DNA of 59,792 nucleotides, filler included, from Gonapodya sp. JEL0774 (GCA_027604505.1; 7 parts of 7 records of this genome joined end to end with filler, not necessarily neighbours in it); one strand, 5' to 3'. Positions 12,030-23,576 are shown, counted from the first letter of the whole stretch. Translations and numbers: made by a program. The notes: a model not told the origin generated them from the letters alone.

Positions 12030-13065
12030 ATGATCACAGAAGAATCGAGCTTCCATACCGTCACTGTCGGTCCTGCTCCACGATCCCAAGATGGTGACGA
12101 TTTCTGGCTCAACTACACGGTCAAGCTCGCGTGGAAGGCGGTTCGTTCTGACCTCGACCCTGAAAACGAAGTGGGAAGATTCGTGCTAACGGCTTAAGTG
12201 CATCAAAAACTAGCGGCGATCCGGTCGGCATCCTTTTGGAGCGGTCGTTGTAGCAGCGGACGGAACCGTTTTGAGCGAAGGTGCCTCCAACGCCGCGTCA
12301 ATCATTTTTCGACCCAACGCAGGAACTTTTCTAACCCTTTCGCCACTCCAAATGTTTATCATACCACCAAAGGCGAAAACTACTCTGCGCCCCTTCATCT
12401 CTCCACCGGCGCTAAATCCTACACCGAATCGGCACAAGCCTCGAGTACACCATCGACTGCACCCAATTCAGAAACCCCTACCCACGCAGCTTCCCTCCTC
12501 GATGGTACTCCACTTCCACCGCCAGCTGGCCCCGATCCCGATACTGTACCCAGAGATGCCACCAGACACGCTGAAGTGGAAGCGATCAGGGCAGCGAGTG
12601 CGAGGTTTGGAGGTGATCCCACTAATCCTGTTCTCCAGGGTGCCACTCTGTTCGCGAATGGCGGTGAGTTTGATTCTATAGTTTCTTGCTTGTAGCCCTT
12701 CATGGTCTGGTTCTCTCCCTCGTAGAACCCTGCGCTATGTGCGCAGGATCCCTCTACTGGTCGGGCATAGGTCGCCTCGCCTACGGTATTTCCGAAGCGA
12801 AGATCAAGCAGTTCACCGGTGCGGAGAATCCAGAAAACCCCACGCTCGATGTTTCATGTCGGTGAGTACATATCGTTGGGTGGCCTCTGTTTCGGCCACA
12901 CCGTCATCCGGAATGGTTGAGGCGCTGACCTGCCATCGAATTTTCGAAATCATTCAACGAAACGTCAGTAAAATTCTGCAGGGTGGTGGTGCACGGGTGG
13001 TGGACGTGGTAGGGCCAAGAGAGCTTCCCGGCATGGACGAAGTCCAAGAAGGGTTCTGGCTCTAA
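12030..13065 (+). CDS. Zn-dependent nucleoside/nucleobase deaminase (cytidine-deaminase-like superfamily; guanine deaminase/TadA-like)
   Basis: Spliced product contains HPFGAVVV...GEN, DATRHAEVEAIRAA, GATLF, EPCAMCAG and NPENPTLDVSCR; includes intron 12281-12372. Confidence 0.9.
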
Positions 13066-13254
13066 TATGATACCGGACAGTCCGTAGATTACGATCCCGA
13101 TTGCGCTTGTTATGCATTACTACTTACACACATTTCAAGCAAAGTATGAATCAGAGACGCCTTGCAATTTGAGAGGGCCCGTCGCTCGACTTAAATATCA
13201 GGGAGCCACCGTTCAAATCGACCGATTGGTGTAATATTTCAGCAGCAGATTGAA

Positions 13255-14466
13255 TCAGCCGATTATAGTATTCGAAGATTGTGGTGATTTCCTTCCATCA
13301 CACTCTCTAAGAGTTACGATCCGGCTACACTCAAAACACAAAACACCCCGGACTTCCTGGCATTCTGTGCAAATATCGTTGCTGCACCTTTCGCACGTAA
13401 ATCTGCACCTGCCGCAGACGCTATGCGGGAGCCACATCCCAAAGTCTCGCTCATCGCAGGTCGAAGGGCACGAACAATGTTTCCTGCACAACGGGCCGCG
13501 ACGACACTGGAAGCAGTACCGACCCCGTGATTGGTCATCCCCACAATCATGACAGATCTTACTTTCACAGGAATCTTCCACACAGCTGATCCAGAATTCA
13601 GGCGGCGGCTCGCACGATTCAAATCCACATGTCTGGAACTCTTTCACACAACCAGAACAACTCTTGTTGACGGTTTGCTTCCAAGCAATACCACCGTAGC
13701 CTCTGATGCAGCATTGACCACAGTACGCACATAATGATCCCCTGACGCAGTGGGTGCACAAGTGTTCCATGTGTAGTTCATTAAGTGGCTCCACAGGCAC
13801 ATTCTCCTGAGCATCCGCTGCCGCCAACCTCCTTGAGCAATACCCGCAGATCTCAGGTCGAACCCGAGAGAGGCTTGGAATAGCAAACTTTGCGGCGCGG
13901 ATCAATTTTTCGAGCACGTCTAGTGACCTATTATGTGGGTTGGCGAACTCAGTCCATCCTCCACGAATATCCAACTGCTGGAGCGAATACAATTGCCTTT
14001 GGGATTCCCTCAACTGGGAATGGCTCCTATTTGGTAGTAGTTTCAGCAATATCCCAAGCAAGTGGAGCATGTCAACGTTGTAACAGTCCTGCAGCGAAAG
14101 TCGCCTGACTGAGGGCATCCGAAGCACGGCAATGACTGTCCACACTGACACATTCGTGTCGTCCAGAATCACTTCGCGAATTTCCGATTCTAGAATACCC
14201 CTTGAGGCGTTCTCCGTGCATCTGAGGGCTGGTCGAATCCACCCTGCCGCACCTTGCAGGAACGAGTCCATCTCTCGGTCCCCCAACAATGCTCCCAGAC
14301 CGGTCAAGTCCAGACGAGTCCATGTCGATGGAATCTCTAGAATGCGGCGCAGCGAGTGGCTGGACGCGGCGAGATGGAGGACAGAAACGGTGGGGAGGTG
14401 ATGGGTGATCTGCAGGAGAATTTCCAAGGAAAAGTGCGAGAGCGAGGGCGAAGTAAAAGCGGACAT
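13255..14466 (-). CDS. F-box protein with LRR-like middle and Cys-rich C-terminal region
   Basis: N-terminal LSHFSLEILLQITHHLP...LAASSHSLRRI; VRRLSLQDCYNV; 31 Cys, mostly CxxC, in the last ~200 aa; single 403-aa ORF. Confidence 0.8.
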   Translation of the reverse strand: MSAFTSPSLSHFSLEILLQITHHLPTVSVLHLAASSHSLRRILEIPSTWTRLDLTGLGALLGDREMDSFLQGAAGWIRPALRCTENASRGILESEIREVILDDTNVSVWTVIAVLRMPSVRRLSLQDCYNVDMLHLLGILLKLLPNRSHSQLRESQRQLYSLQQLDIRGGWTEFANPHNRSLDVLEKLIRAAKFAIPSLSRVRPEICGYCSRRLAAADAQENVPVEPLNELHMEHLCTHCVRGSLCAYCGQCCIRGYGGIAWKQTVNKSCSGCVKEFQTCGFESCEPPPEFWISCVEDSCESKICHDCGDDQSRGRYCFQCRRGPLCRKHCSCPSTCDERDFGMWLPHSVCGRCRFTCERCSNDICTECQEVRGVLCFECSRIVTLRECDGRKSPQSSNTIIG

Positions 14467-15142
14467 CTGTTACGTTCTGGTACTTGTGCGGGAACAGGGG
14501 CCAGTGGATCTTCGTTGTGTCGGCAGTTTCAACCGGAGTCAGCAAGCAGTTGTACTCTGTCAAATTGCTGGCCAAGAACGTGTTCGTATCACTACAGATG
14601 ACGAAAGCAATGAAAAATATCGCTGTTTAGCTCCGGCTTACCTGACCAGCCACGTCGAATCAATTGCGGTTGTTGCGAAGTCTCAACCACAGGTGAGGTC
14701 GAAATATGCACCTGTCGACCCACGCTCTGCATCATTTGTAGAATCCAAGTGGGAGTAGACACACAATTCCGGTTGAGAAGGCCCGAGCTTTCCGAGTCGG
14801 TAAACAACATGCCAACGCAACCTACAATTTTGAGGACGATGAGTACTGCAAACGCGACCGCACGACATAAATATTACTGAAATTGGTTTTGTTGCCAAGG
14901 CTCTCTCATTAGTTCCTGGACAACGATTAAAAAGACAGGTAGACTAGGAGAAGCTAAAGCCTGTCACTAGAACCCTATAAGTAACTTTGAAACGGGTATG
15001 CTGTCCCGTTGACTGATATATTCAAATGGCAATATAAATACAAAAAGATTGTCCTTACAACTTCACCATGTAGGCACAGAGCTACAATTGTGAGATGAAG
15101 AGTCCAATGGCCATTGGCCCCTGAACAACCCACCCCGTATAC

Positions 15143-17122
15143 TCAACTCACATCCAGTAGCTTTTGCACCAAGTCTCCAATATCTCCATCTACGCCAACG
15201 CCCAGTCTCGCGTCCTCCAATTCCCAGGGCACACACCCCGCCGCCTCTTTGCCAACTCGCACAAGTCGAAACCTCCCCCCACGTCCACCACTCACCAATT
15301 CCTCGTCAGCCCACCTCACTACCGAAGGTGTATTCATTCCCACCCCAAGTTCTAGTACCACACACAGAGCGTCGGGGTCGCCCGCGACGGACGCCAGAAA
15401 GTCCTGGTATGCCCGTTCACCCTCCGCGAAGGGCCGCTCGTTGAACCAGTCCCCACCTCGCACGCACAACATGACATCACCTCCACAATACTCACATCGC
15501 GGTACGAGCGCCGGATCGGTCAACATCTGTGTATCGGGGTCGATGTTGGGTAACGCCTTGTTAACGAAAGGCTCCGAGGAGAATGTCGCATCCGGTCGGC
15601 AAGTGCGGAGGCACTGAAGAACGGAATAAGAGCCCTGTGGGGTGGAGACTCTCGAGCTGGGGAACCCGTTCTTGACGAAGAATCCGTCCGCGTTGGTCGT
15701 CCGGACAAAGTATCGAGGAGACGACGAACTCAACAAGGATCCGTCGTTGTGAGCGACTGAGGCAGCTGACGCGAACTTGTTGTTTGCAAATTCCAGCAAA
15801 CGGGCGTAGATTGGGGCATTTGGCCAGCTGCGAGCCATCGCCAAGTGGAGAAAGTAGTACCCCCACTTATCTAGATCCGATTCCCAGTCCTGATACCCAA
15901 ACACGCTATACAGTGTGTCAAAGCCGTGACGGTTCGCGTGGGCGGGGAAACGTTGGTTGAATAGCATCTTGGACGTGTAGTCGAGGCCCTCTGCCGCAGA
16001 GAGTCCAGCACCCGCAGTGATGAGGAGGTGAGTAGCTGACGAGAGCCAGGTGCGAGCAAGATTGAGACGGGGGTTGGCTGGTGGTGGAGGTATTAGTAAA
16101 GATGAGCGGGAGGGTTGTTGGAGAAGGACGCCGGGGGCGGCGACACCGTGGATCAGAGTTCCCATCGCATATTTTCCAACGACCCCATCATAAATGGCTT
16201 GATCTTCTTCGGAAAACACGTCGAAGATGACGTGCGAGATGCGAGTGTCCGGGTGCGCCAAGCACCACTCCACCACAGTGCGGACTGCCAATTCTGCGGC
16301 AGGCTGGGCAGGAAACCCAAAGAGACCCGTTGATATGCTGCAAAACGCAATGGAGATGTCGGTCCCACCTGCACCGTCGTGGACGGTGGCATAGCGGGGA
16401 ATGGTTGCGTCGGCTGTGTCGAGGCAAGAAACGTAACAGGACTTCAAAGCGTCGTGGTCTTCAGTCGATGGCGGCATGCGCGCTCCTCCACGTCCAACAA
16501 ACCCGAGTTCCGGTCCGACCGTATGGATAACGAACTGGGCTGGGAGGTTGAAACCAGGAGTGATCTTCGCCAAACCCCTTGGCTCCGGCCGTTTCTGTAG
16601 ACGCATAATGTCAGAGCACGCAAGTCGCAGCCGTGGTCCAGCTGCAGAGTGGATGACGTTGTCAATGCAGCGGTGCAAGGGTTGGAAGCAGCCGAGGAGT
16701 GCAGAGTTGGCAGCATTGACAATTGCCGTAACGTTCGACAAGGAAGTGATGTCGCCGCGCCAGACAGAAAGTTTTATTTTGGGACGATGTGAAAGAGCGC
16801 CGTGTATCTTGCCGTCCGCTGGGTTGCCCACAGGTTCCTCTGATCCAGTATGGGTCACGACGAGAGCCGTTGGGAGGGACCTGGCATCCGCGAGAATGCG
16901 CCGTCCACCTTCGTACTGCAACACAGCATCGATGTCGTCCAGAATGTTTTCCGGAATGGCCTGCTCAGGCGATCGCTGTGTCAGTAGTTGTCCGAGAATG
17001 GAAAGCTGCAACCAGATGTCGGATCGCAGGATTCGGGGGAGATTCGCCTGATGAGAAGTCAGGAGAAAAGCAAGCGCACGATGAAGCGAATTGATGGGTG
17101 CTTTTGGTATGTTGGAGGTCAT
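15143..17122 (-). CDS. Zn-macrodomain-class M sirtuin (SirTM) fusion, Mfs1-like
   Basis: Macrodomain motifs WRGDIT, AIVNAANSALLGCFQPLHRCIDNVIHSAAGP, VIHTVGP, SISTGLFGFP. SirTM motifs AGAGLSAAEG, FVRTTNADG, PQGSY..LQC...C, PRCEYCGG, LELGVGMNTP. Intronless. Confidence 0.95.
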   Translation of the reverse strand: MTSNIPKAPINSLHRALAFLLTSHQANLPRILRSDIWLQLSILGQLLTQRSPEQAIPENILDDIDAVLQYEGGRRILADARSLPTALVVTHTGSEEPVGNPADGKIHGALSHRPKIKLSVWRGDITSLSNVTAIVNAANSALLGCFQPLHRCIDNVIHSAAGPRLRLACSDIMRLQKRPEPRGLAKITPGFNLPAQFVIHTVGPELGFVGRGGARMPPSTEDHDALKSCYVSCLDTADATIPRYATVHDGAGGTDISIAFCSISTGLFGFPAQPAAELAVRTVVEWCLAHPDTRISHVIFDVFSEEDQAIYDGVVGKYAMGTLIHGVAAPGVLLQQPSRSSLLIPPPPANPRLNLARTWLSSATHLLITAGAGLSAAEGLDYTSKMLFNQRFPAHANRHGFDTLYSVFGYQDWESDLDKWGYYFLHLAMARSWPNAPIYARLLEFANNKFASAASVAHNDGSLLSSSSPRYFVRTTNADGFFVKNGFPSSRVSTPQGSYSVLQCLRTCRPDATFSSEPFVNKALPNIDPDTQMLTDPALVPRCEYCGGDVMLCVRGGDWFNERPFAEGERAYQDFLASVAGDPDALCVVLELGVGMNTPSVVRWADEELVSGGRGGRFRLVRVGKEAAGCVPWELEDARLGVGVDGDIGDLVQKLLDVS

Positions 17123-17158
17123 GGCAATGCGGTTTGGTCTTTGAGTGAGCAACGTTCG

Positions 17159-17258
17159 NNNNNNNNNNNNNNNNNNNNNNNNNNNNNNNNNNNNNNNNNN
17201 NNTTAATTAATTAANNNNNNNNNNNNNNNNNNNNNNNNNNNNNNNNNNNNNNNNNNNN
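17159..17258. other. Artificial contig linker
   Basis: Same 100-bp N/TTAATTAATTAA/N spacer. Confidence 0.99.
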
Positions 17259-18087
17259 AGGTTCTAAACGCTGCATTAAATCGTCGGAGCTGAAAGTCCG
17301 CAATCGGTCAAATTTCCTGAACTTTACGTTACATGGAGTTGGCTTAACCAGAGTATCAGGCAGTTTTCTCCACCAGCGGGTGTTCGGTTTTAAATCCGGT
17401 TGATTCGCGTTTCACGTCCAGATTCTTGGGGGGATTCTGATGATAGCATCTCGATCTCCATTTGAGCTACAACCAATGGTGGCACAATACCCTTCTCAAC
17501 AGGAATGTGTATTTTATGTGCGATCTAGGATCAGTACAATACATCATGAAAAAAGTTACTGTGACATGTATATATGCATCGGTAGCGACGCACAAAACAC
17601 TCCCATATGCACATCACCCAACGCATGACATCCAAAGACGTGCTCCACTTGAAATCGCTTCCCTCAAGAACAATGAACATGACGACAAGAAACAGAACAT
17701 GGGTCTGATATGGGAAAGACGTGATGAAACAAACAAATGGAAAGAAATCCATCTGGGGCAATGATGACACGATAACTGATTATGAATGTCCAGGTGATGT
17801 GACACCTGATATGTACTTCGTGCAGGTGCCTGTAAAACAAACGCTCCCCAAACCCAAAGAGGAATATGAAATCCGGTGACACACGATGACGCGATAATGA
17901 GTATCCGCAAGAAATGTTCAGAGCTTGCAATCAATGCCAACCGCCAGCCAGAGGGGGCAATCTCCAAATGCTTTACCAGGCAATGGCGAGCCTTGGACAC
18001 CCCACCCTGTGTCCCTGTCCAATCCCCCATCTGCAACAAGACATGGAGCTCCAGCTCCAACTCACACGACATATAACGCAAATTCAC

Positions 18088-20508
18088 TCATTTGGCACCC
18101 GCCTTGCCTCCACCACCTGCCTCAGATCCCGAACTCGTCAAGTACCTCATCCAGTCCCTCATCCCCGATCCCGACCCAGCGGGAGCGTCAGCAAAAGACG
18201 ACGCCCTGCTGGCTGATCGCTGATTTCCGTGTGCTGTCTGGAGGAGCTGCAGCTGGTGATCGGCGGCGGCGACGAGGGGGGCGAGACCGTACCTACATCC
18301 CAAAATCTAAGAAGGGAAAGGATCAATGAAAGAAGAACGACACATTGGAAACAAAGCCTCGATCAATCTCAGCGTCTGTACAAAGTGCGACGCGCATGTC
18401 CCACGGCAAAGAATTGAAAACCCACCACTCTGCCTCACCCTTCACCTCCCTCATCACCCCCACATCGTCCACAGTCACATGGCTATCTTCACCCCGCAAC
18501 CAATTCAACACGTGACGAAACTGTCCGCCGTCTCTATCCACGAAATAAGCCCCGTCCTCGTCCAGGGGGAGGTGCCTGATATTGGTGTCTGAGAACATGA
18601 GGGACAGCCTAGACCCGGGCGGGGCATGACGCAGCGTAGAAAGCGTGGTGGAAAAGACGTGACCTCCTACGGAGATGCGGATCTTTTGACGGGGATCTGG
18701 TGGTGCGGGCGACATAAGTGACCCGATTGTACGGGAGATGGTTCCAGACCATCTGGTCGGGGGTAATCGGGCCACGAGGTCACCATCACCGTCAGAGACG
18801 GAACGTGAGTCCGCAGGACGGCGAGGACGGCGCTTGTGGCCGTGGCGAGAGGAGCGGGAGGAGTGGCGGGATGTCCGTGTGGAGGAACGGCGGGCGAGAA
18901 GGGAGGGGTCGCGGTCGTTCCAGGATGGGGCACGCTGGTATGCGAGAGCGCCCTATTGGAACAATAAGAGGGTGCAGACGGAGAAAGGTGGTGATCGAGC
19001 ACGGATCACAAATCAGAATTGATGTGGGGATTGGGGAATGTGAACACCCCACCCTGTCTCCACACTGACCTTCACTCCCGCGGTCGCAGCCACACTCCCA
19101 AGCCACAGCGCCCACCTCAGGATCATCTGCGTGAGGTCCACGGTCCTCTCTCTCACCGCGTACCTCTTCTCCACTCCATTGTACGCGTCGAAACCCCGCT
19201 CGGCAGCGACAGAGATAAGGTCCGGGAGCGGAGAACGTTTGGGAAACACGGATCCGAGGACAGTGAGATCAATGAGGTAGGTGGAGAGGTGGGATTGCAG
19301 GGCGGTGAGGGTGGCTGGATCGGGGGGTACGTCGAGTGTGGTTGAGAGCGTTCATGACACCATCAGCATAAAAGATATATAAAACGGATAACTTGACTCT
19401 CTCAATCGATCTGCACTTGGAAATCACCTTCAGTTGGGGGCCACTTGCGTTCCGCTGCGACCAGTGTGGCTCCCACCTTCCACGCAGCCTTTCCAGTCGT
19501 CTTGAACCCTGCCCAGAGCATCTCCACGGTCAAGAGCATGCAGCACAAAAACACATCAACTGCAGCGAGCAGAAACACAAACGCGGACTGGAAGTAAGGA
19601 GTCGCTCGGTCCGACATGTCTGAGTAGGTCGATTGCATCACAGAGAGCCTATTGCTCGTGGCGGTCGTGAGCGAGGTGCTTGCCGAGGTGATGGTTTTTT
19701 TCACGTCGGGAATGGGGAGGGAGGGTAGAGGGATAGATGGAATCGTGGGGACGGGGATGTGGTCTGAGAACGTGCGGTAGATGGAGCGGCGTTGTGGCGA
19801 CGGAGAAGGACCGACTTGGTTGGTTGATGAGCGCGGCGGTGTTTGCTCGATTGAAGGAGTGATAGAAGAGTATGGCGGGGGCGAGTCTTGTGCCGTTGGT
19901 GGTGCAGGTGCAGACTGTGGAGGAACACGAGCTCCGGTACTGTCGTCGGTGAACAACATCGATCTTCTGTTTCCGAATTGCGGGCGTCGTGGAGGCGTTC
20001 CGGCCGCACTTCCTACACTACCACTTGCAGCATGAACAATGGGCGGTGGGGTGGTAGCCCGGACCAGAGTCCGGGCGGCGGTGCGGGAAGGGTAAGTAGC
20101 TGACACTGGCAGGGCAGACTGGGCATGAGGAGGCGGCGTCCCGGCTTTAGTTGAAGCCAATTCGTCATCGCTCCATTCAGAAGATTGCCTCGCATGGCGC
20201 GGGATGGATGATGGACTGCCGGGAACCGCTGTGCCTTGCAGTACGTTCGCCCCATCCGAGGAAGACGACGCGAATGAAGGCGGCCGCCCCGCAGAATCAA
20301 TGACTCTCCTCGTTGCCATCGTTGTCGTTGCTTCTGTCGCCGTTTCTCCTTCCTCCGATTCTGACTCTGACCCTGTTCCAGTCCCGGACGTGTCCGTGTC
20401 GCCGTCGTCACCCGATTCCGCTCTGTACGTCCGCTGGGCCTCGGACACGGCCCTGTTAAAGTCACGTGCTAGCGAGATCATGCTCGAGGTAACTTGAAAA
20501 GCGTCCAT
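18088..20508 (-). CDS. KCTD-type BTB/POZ protein with long disordered N-terminus and a hydrophobic segment
   Basis: IRISVGGHVFSTTLSTLR...YFVDRDGGQFRHVLNWLR...EAEWYGL in 18088-18690. Joining it to the 19402-20508 ORF through introns is inferred. Confidence 0.7.
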
Positions 20509-20756
20509 TGTGTCCGTTGTTGCTCAAGTGCTGTCATGTGAAGATGGCCATGTTCTCCAGCTGATTGCGCACGTGATATTCATTGAGTGAACGTAATTGC
20601 GACAAGAAAACCAAAATTGGTGTACGCTTGAACACGTGCTTTTATATTACTTATAATGTTTTCAAAGCAGACCCACTGTTGCTCCTCCGCAGTGAATTTA
20701 CCTGTGAAAGTGCTCGAGTCCGATCACTGCAGATGTACCGACCAACCCAGCGGTGC

Positions 20757-22250
20757 TCACACATCCTGAATGACCCAGCGAAGTGAAGTGATGTTCTGCC
20801 GCATAGCAACGGGGTACAGAACCTCATCCTCAAGGACCACATCATGTGAGGTTGAGCTTGCGAGTCTCTTTGAGTGGTCGAAGCAACTCCGGCGGATTTC
20901 GTCTGTAAATACTCGGTACGCCCGTTCAAACTCTTTGCCGTAGGCTCCATGAGGCGGTCTCAAATGTAGGGAAGAGAATGCCACCGATCCAACAAGGTAC
21001 TTCATCATCGCGACAAAGTTGTCGAAGTTGTCGGCTTGGTGTACAAGTTGAAAGTCCAGCAATTGAATGTAAAGATTCTCAATGTTTGGGAACTGTGCCA
21101 CCAGACCTCGAACCATGTCTGCAAACGACGAGTCATCCCATAATGGCACAGTGAGTTCCCTCGTACTCTTGTCAAAATCCTCCCAACCCAAACTACAGTG
21201 CAGAGTTCGCACACGCAGAAGGCCTGCGAGTTTCCCTCTCTGGTCGTCCGGCATGTTTGCCCGCGGTCCCCACATATACGGGTACAAATCGAGTTCGCCA
21301 ATTTCCACCAGCTCCGGAAAGTGCATCGGCAATTCGAGGAGGGAGGCCACCTTGAGCTGTCGGGTTTCATCATCTAGATACCGAGGGTCTCGTGAATATT
21401 CGAAGAATAGAATGGACTTCAATTGTGTAATCGGATGTATGGTACGGATGGTGCGTGTTCCTGCCCACGGAACCAAGCTACGTTGAGCGCTCGTCACAAC
21501 CACCTTTTCGACGTTTGGAAAAGTGTCGAGAACAGATTCCAGGATCTCCTTATTTCCGTAGAACATTTCCTCCTCGCGTTCGAGCTTTCTCATGTCGCTG
21601 AGACACACCTGCGTCACTGACGGCAGTGTCCGGACCCAATCCTCATGCTCCCGCCGGATGAGAACCAAGTCCCAGTCCATAAGCATGATGCTCGGCTGTG
21701 CTCGTCTCGCAAAGTCCAACATTCGCTCGCATTCGAGCTTCCGCCGGGCCTCGATGTCGCCAGATTCACCACCCTCCACCTTCACAGACGAGAAAGGAAT
21801 CATGAAGCCCCTCAGATGGAGTCGGATACGTCTGGGCGTCAATCCCTTTCCGATGGCGTTCGCCACCACCTCGAGTAGAGTCCTTTCCGCGTTCTCCGAT
21901 GACCGCTCCACAAAAAACGTCGCCGAGGCGCTGACAACCACCCTCCCTGCCGCAAATCCATCGCGACTTGCGCCTGCCACGCTATCGCTGACCTTCATCT
22001 CTCGACGGCCTCGTTGAAACCACCCGATTGGCCTCCGTGGGTTGTTCAAAGTGACACATGACTCCTCCGTCAGTTGATTCCGATCCGGTCTGACGAGATC
22101 CAATTCGAGAGGTACGCGATTCTCAGAGTCCAAAAGGACATCAGCGGCCTGTCGCCACTTCCGATTGACCAAGGGGATCGTGGAGACGACTTCGCGAGGT
22201 GGAAGGAGGAGGAGTATCGGAACGAGGATGTCGAACGGGAGATCGCTCAT
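20757..22250 (-). CDS. F-box protein with LRR-like C-terminus
   Basis: SDLPFDILVPILLLLP...LVNRKWR F-box motif; repeated FPNVEK / FPELVE / FPNIENL motifs; 497-aa intronless ORF. Confidence 0.85.
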   Translation of the reverse strand: MSDLPFDILVPILLLLPPREVVSTIPLVNRKWRQAADVLLDSENRVPLELDLVRPDRNQLTEESCVTLNNPRRPIGWFQRGRREMKVSDSVAGASRDGFAAGRVVVSASATFFVERSSENAERTLLEVVANAIGKGLTPRRIRLHLRGFMIPFSSVKVEGGESGDIEARRKLECERMLDFARRAQPSIMLMDWDLVLIRREHEDWVRTLPSVTQVCLSDMRKLEREEEMFYGNKEILESVLDTFPNVEKVVVTSAQRSLVPWAGTRTIRTIHPITQLKSILFFEYSRDPRYLDDETRQLKVASLLELPMHFPELVEIGELDLYPYMWGPRANMPDDQRGKLAGLLRVRTLHCSLGWEDFDKSTRELTVPLWDDSSFADMVRGLVAQFPNIENLYIQLLDFQLVHQADNFDNFVAMMKYLVGSVAFSSLHLRPPHGAYGKEFERAYRVFTDEIRRSCFDHSKRLASSTSHDVVLEDEVLYPVAMRQNITSLRWVIQDV

Positions 22251-22626
22251 CGAGAGATGTTGTGAAGTGTTTTGGACAGAGATTGAGTCTTGACAGTGGC
22301 CGGGTGGGAAGTCCCTAAAATTCGGATCAGTGCAGATTACAGATCATTTAATCACTTCTTTCCTTCGACACGTCGCGGTCGGTCCAATGCGCACTAATAG
22401 ATAATCCTTTGTCACACACAAGTCGCGATTGAGATGAGCAGAGGAGGTCATGGAAGTAATTGGTGATGAGTTATTCAACAAAGTTACAGTCAACTGGTAA
22501 CGAATCGTAGCTCACAATTCGCCGGAGGGGGTTAAGCCAATAATTGATGAATTTGTCATTGACACTTTTGCACCACAGCTGACTGAAAGGCATGTTACTT
22601 GTGAACGAAGTTCATTCCTCAACTCG

Positions 22627-23148
22627 TCATATTCTAGGCCCCGGCAACCCGGCATCTCTTGCGGCCTTCCGCAGACGGTCAAACGCAGTGACCTTCTCCG
22701 TGTCCTCGTAATCTTCTTGTGCAACTATTTGGCCCCATCTGCTTGTGGCCCACAGCACGGCTCTGTTGTAGTACAAGTCGGGGTCGCCCGGGTTCTGGCC
22801 TGGTACCCAATGGTGAACACGTACAGCGATCCGCATGTTCCAGGGCGGACCATTGACCAGCACGTCGTCGACAACCATGTGTACCTTGCACGAGACGAAT
22901 TGGCGGAGAAATTCGGCGATCTGGGGACGACCGCGGTGGGTGACGAGTGGTTCGGCTCCGATACGAGAAGAAGGGTGAACTCTAGTTGTCTGAGATGGCG
23001 CAGGCTGATACATGGTAGACCAAGTATTGTTGCCAGGGAAGGAGAGGGTGGCTTCTTCGGTGAACATGTTCAGGAGTGGCATGTAATCGCCGTGGTTGAG
23101 GGCGGCTACGTTGCGCCGAACCATGAACGCGACAGCTGCACGCAGCAT
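22627..23148 (-). CDS. SnoaL/NTF2-like protein of bacterial appearance
   Basis: ALNHGDY...FTEEATLSFPG...HRGRPQI...VLVNGPPWN...YYNRAV...RWGQIVAQEDYEDTEKV; intronless. Confidence 0.85.
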   Translation of the reverse strand: MLRAAVAFMVRRNVAALNHGDYMPLLNMFTEEATLSFPGNNTWSTMYQPAPSQTTRVHPSSRIGAEPLVTHRGRPQIAEFLRQFVSCKVHMVVDDVLVNGPPWNMRIAVRVHHWVPGQNPGDPDLYYNRAVLWATSRWGQIVAQEDYEDTEKVTAFDRLRKAARDAGLPGPRI

Positions 23149-23576
23149 TTTCAATCTGTCGGGCTCTTTGAATATTCGATTATACGTTGTAATTTGTAAT
23201 TGAAGAACGGCTGGGAGACAGAGACCTGTTCACGGTTCAAGGAACATCCGAAGATGTTGCGCCGGACGCCTCGTGATCGAATTGTTTTGCTTTTCGCACA
23301 TGTAATCAAAATCAACAATGGGTTTTAAATGTTTGTCAAGGTGTTTCGCTTGTTTCCAGATGCCGCATGGGCTGGTTTAGGCACTGTCGCGAACTTGCAG
23401 TTCATCTCGGCGTTAATGCAGTTCTTCCGCGGATGGAAATGCGGAATCAAAACGGAAGTAGTTGATATCCAGCAAAATCATACATAGATAAAAATACTTT
23501 GGGAAAGGTCATAATGCGGAGACCTCCTGTACAAATGATATACGTTCACCATCATGATCTTGAAATTGGGTAAGGT

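Noticed and set aside
12030..17122. Deaminase + F-box + macrodomain-SirTM as an operon-like defence system
   Set aside because: Mixed orientation, differing intron content and no shared regulatory motif; would need conserved synteny to support
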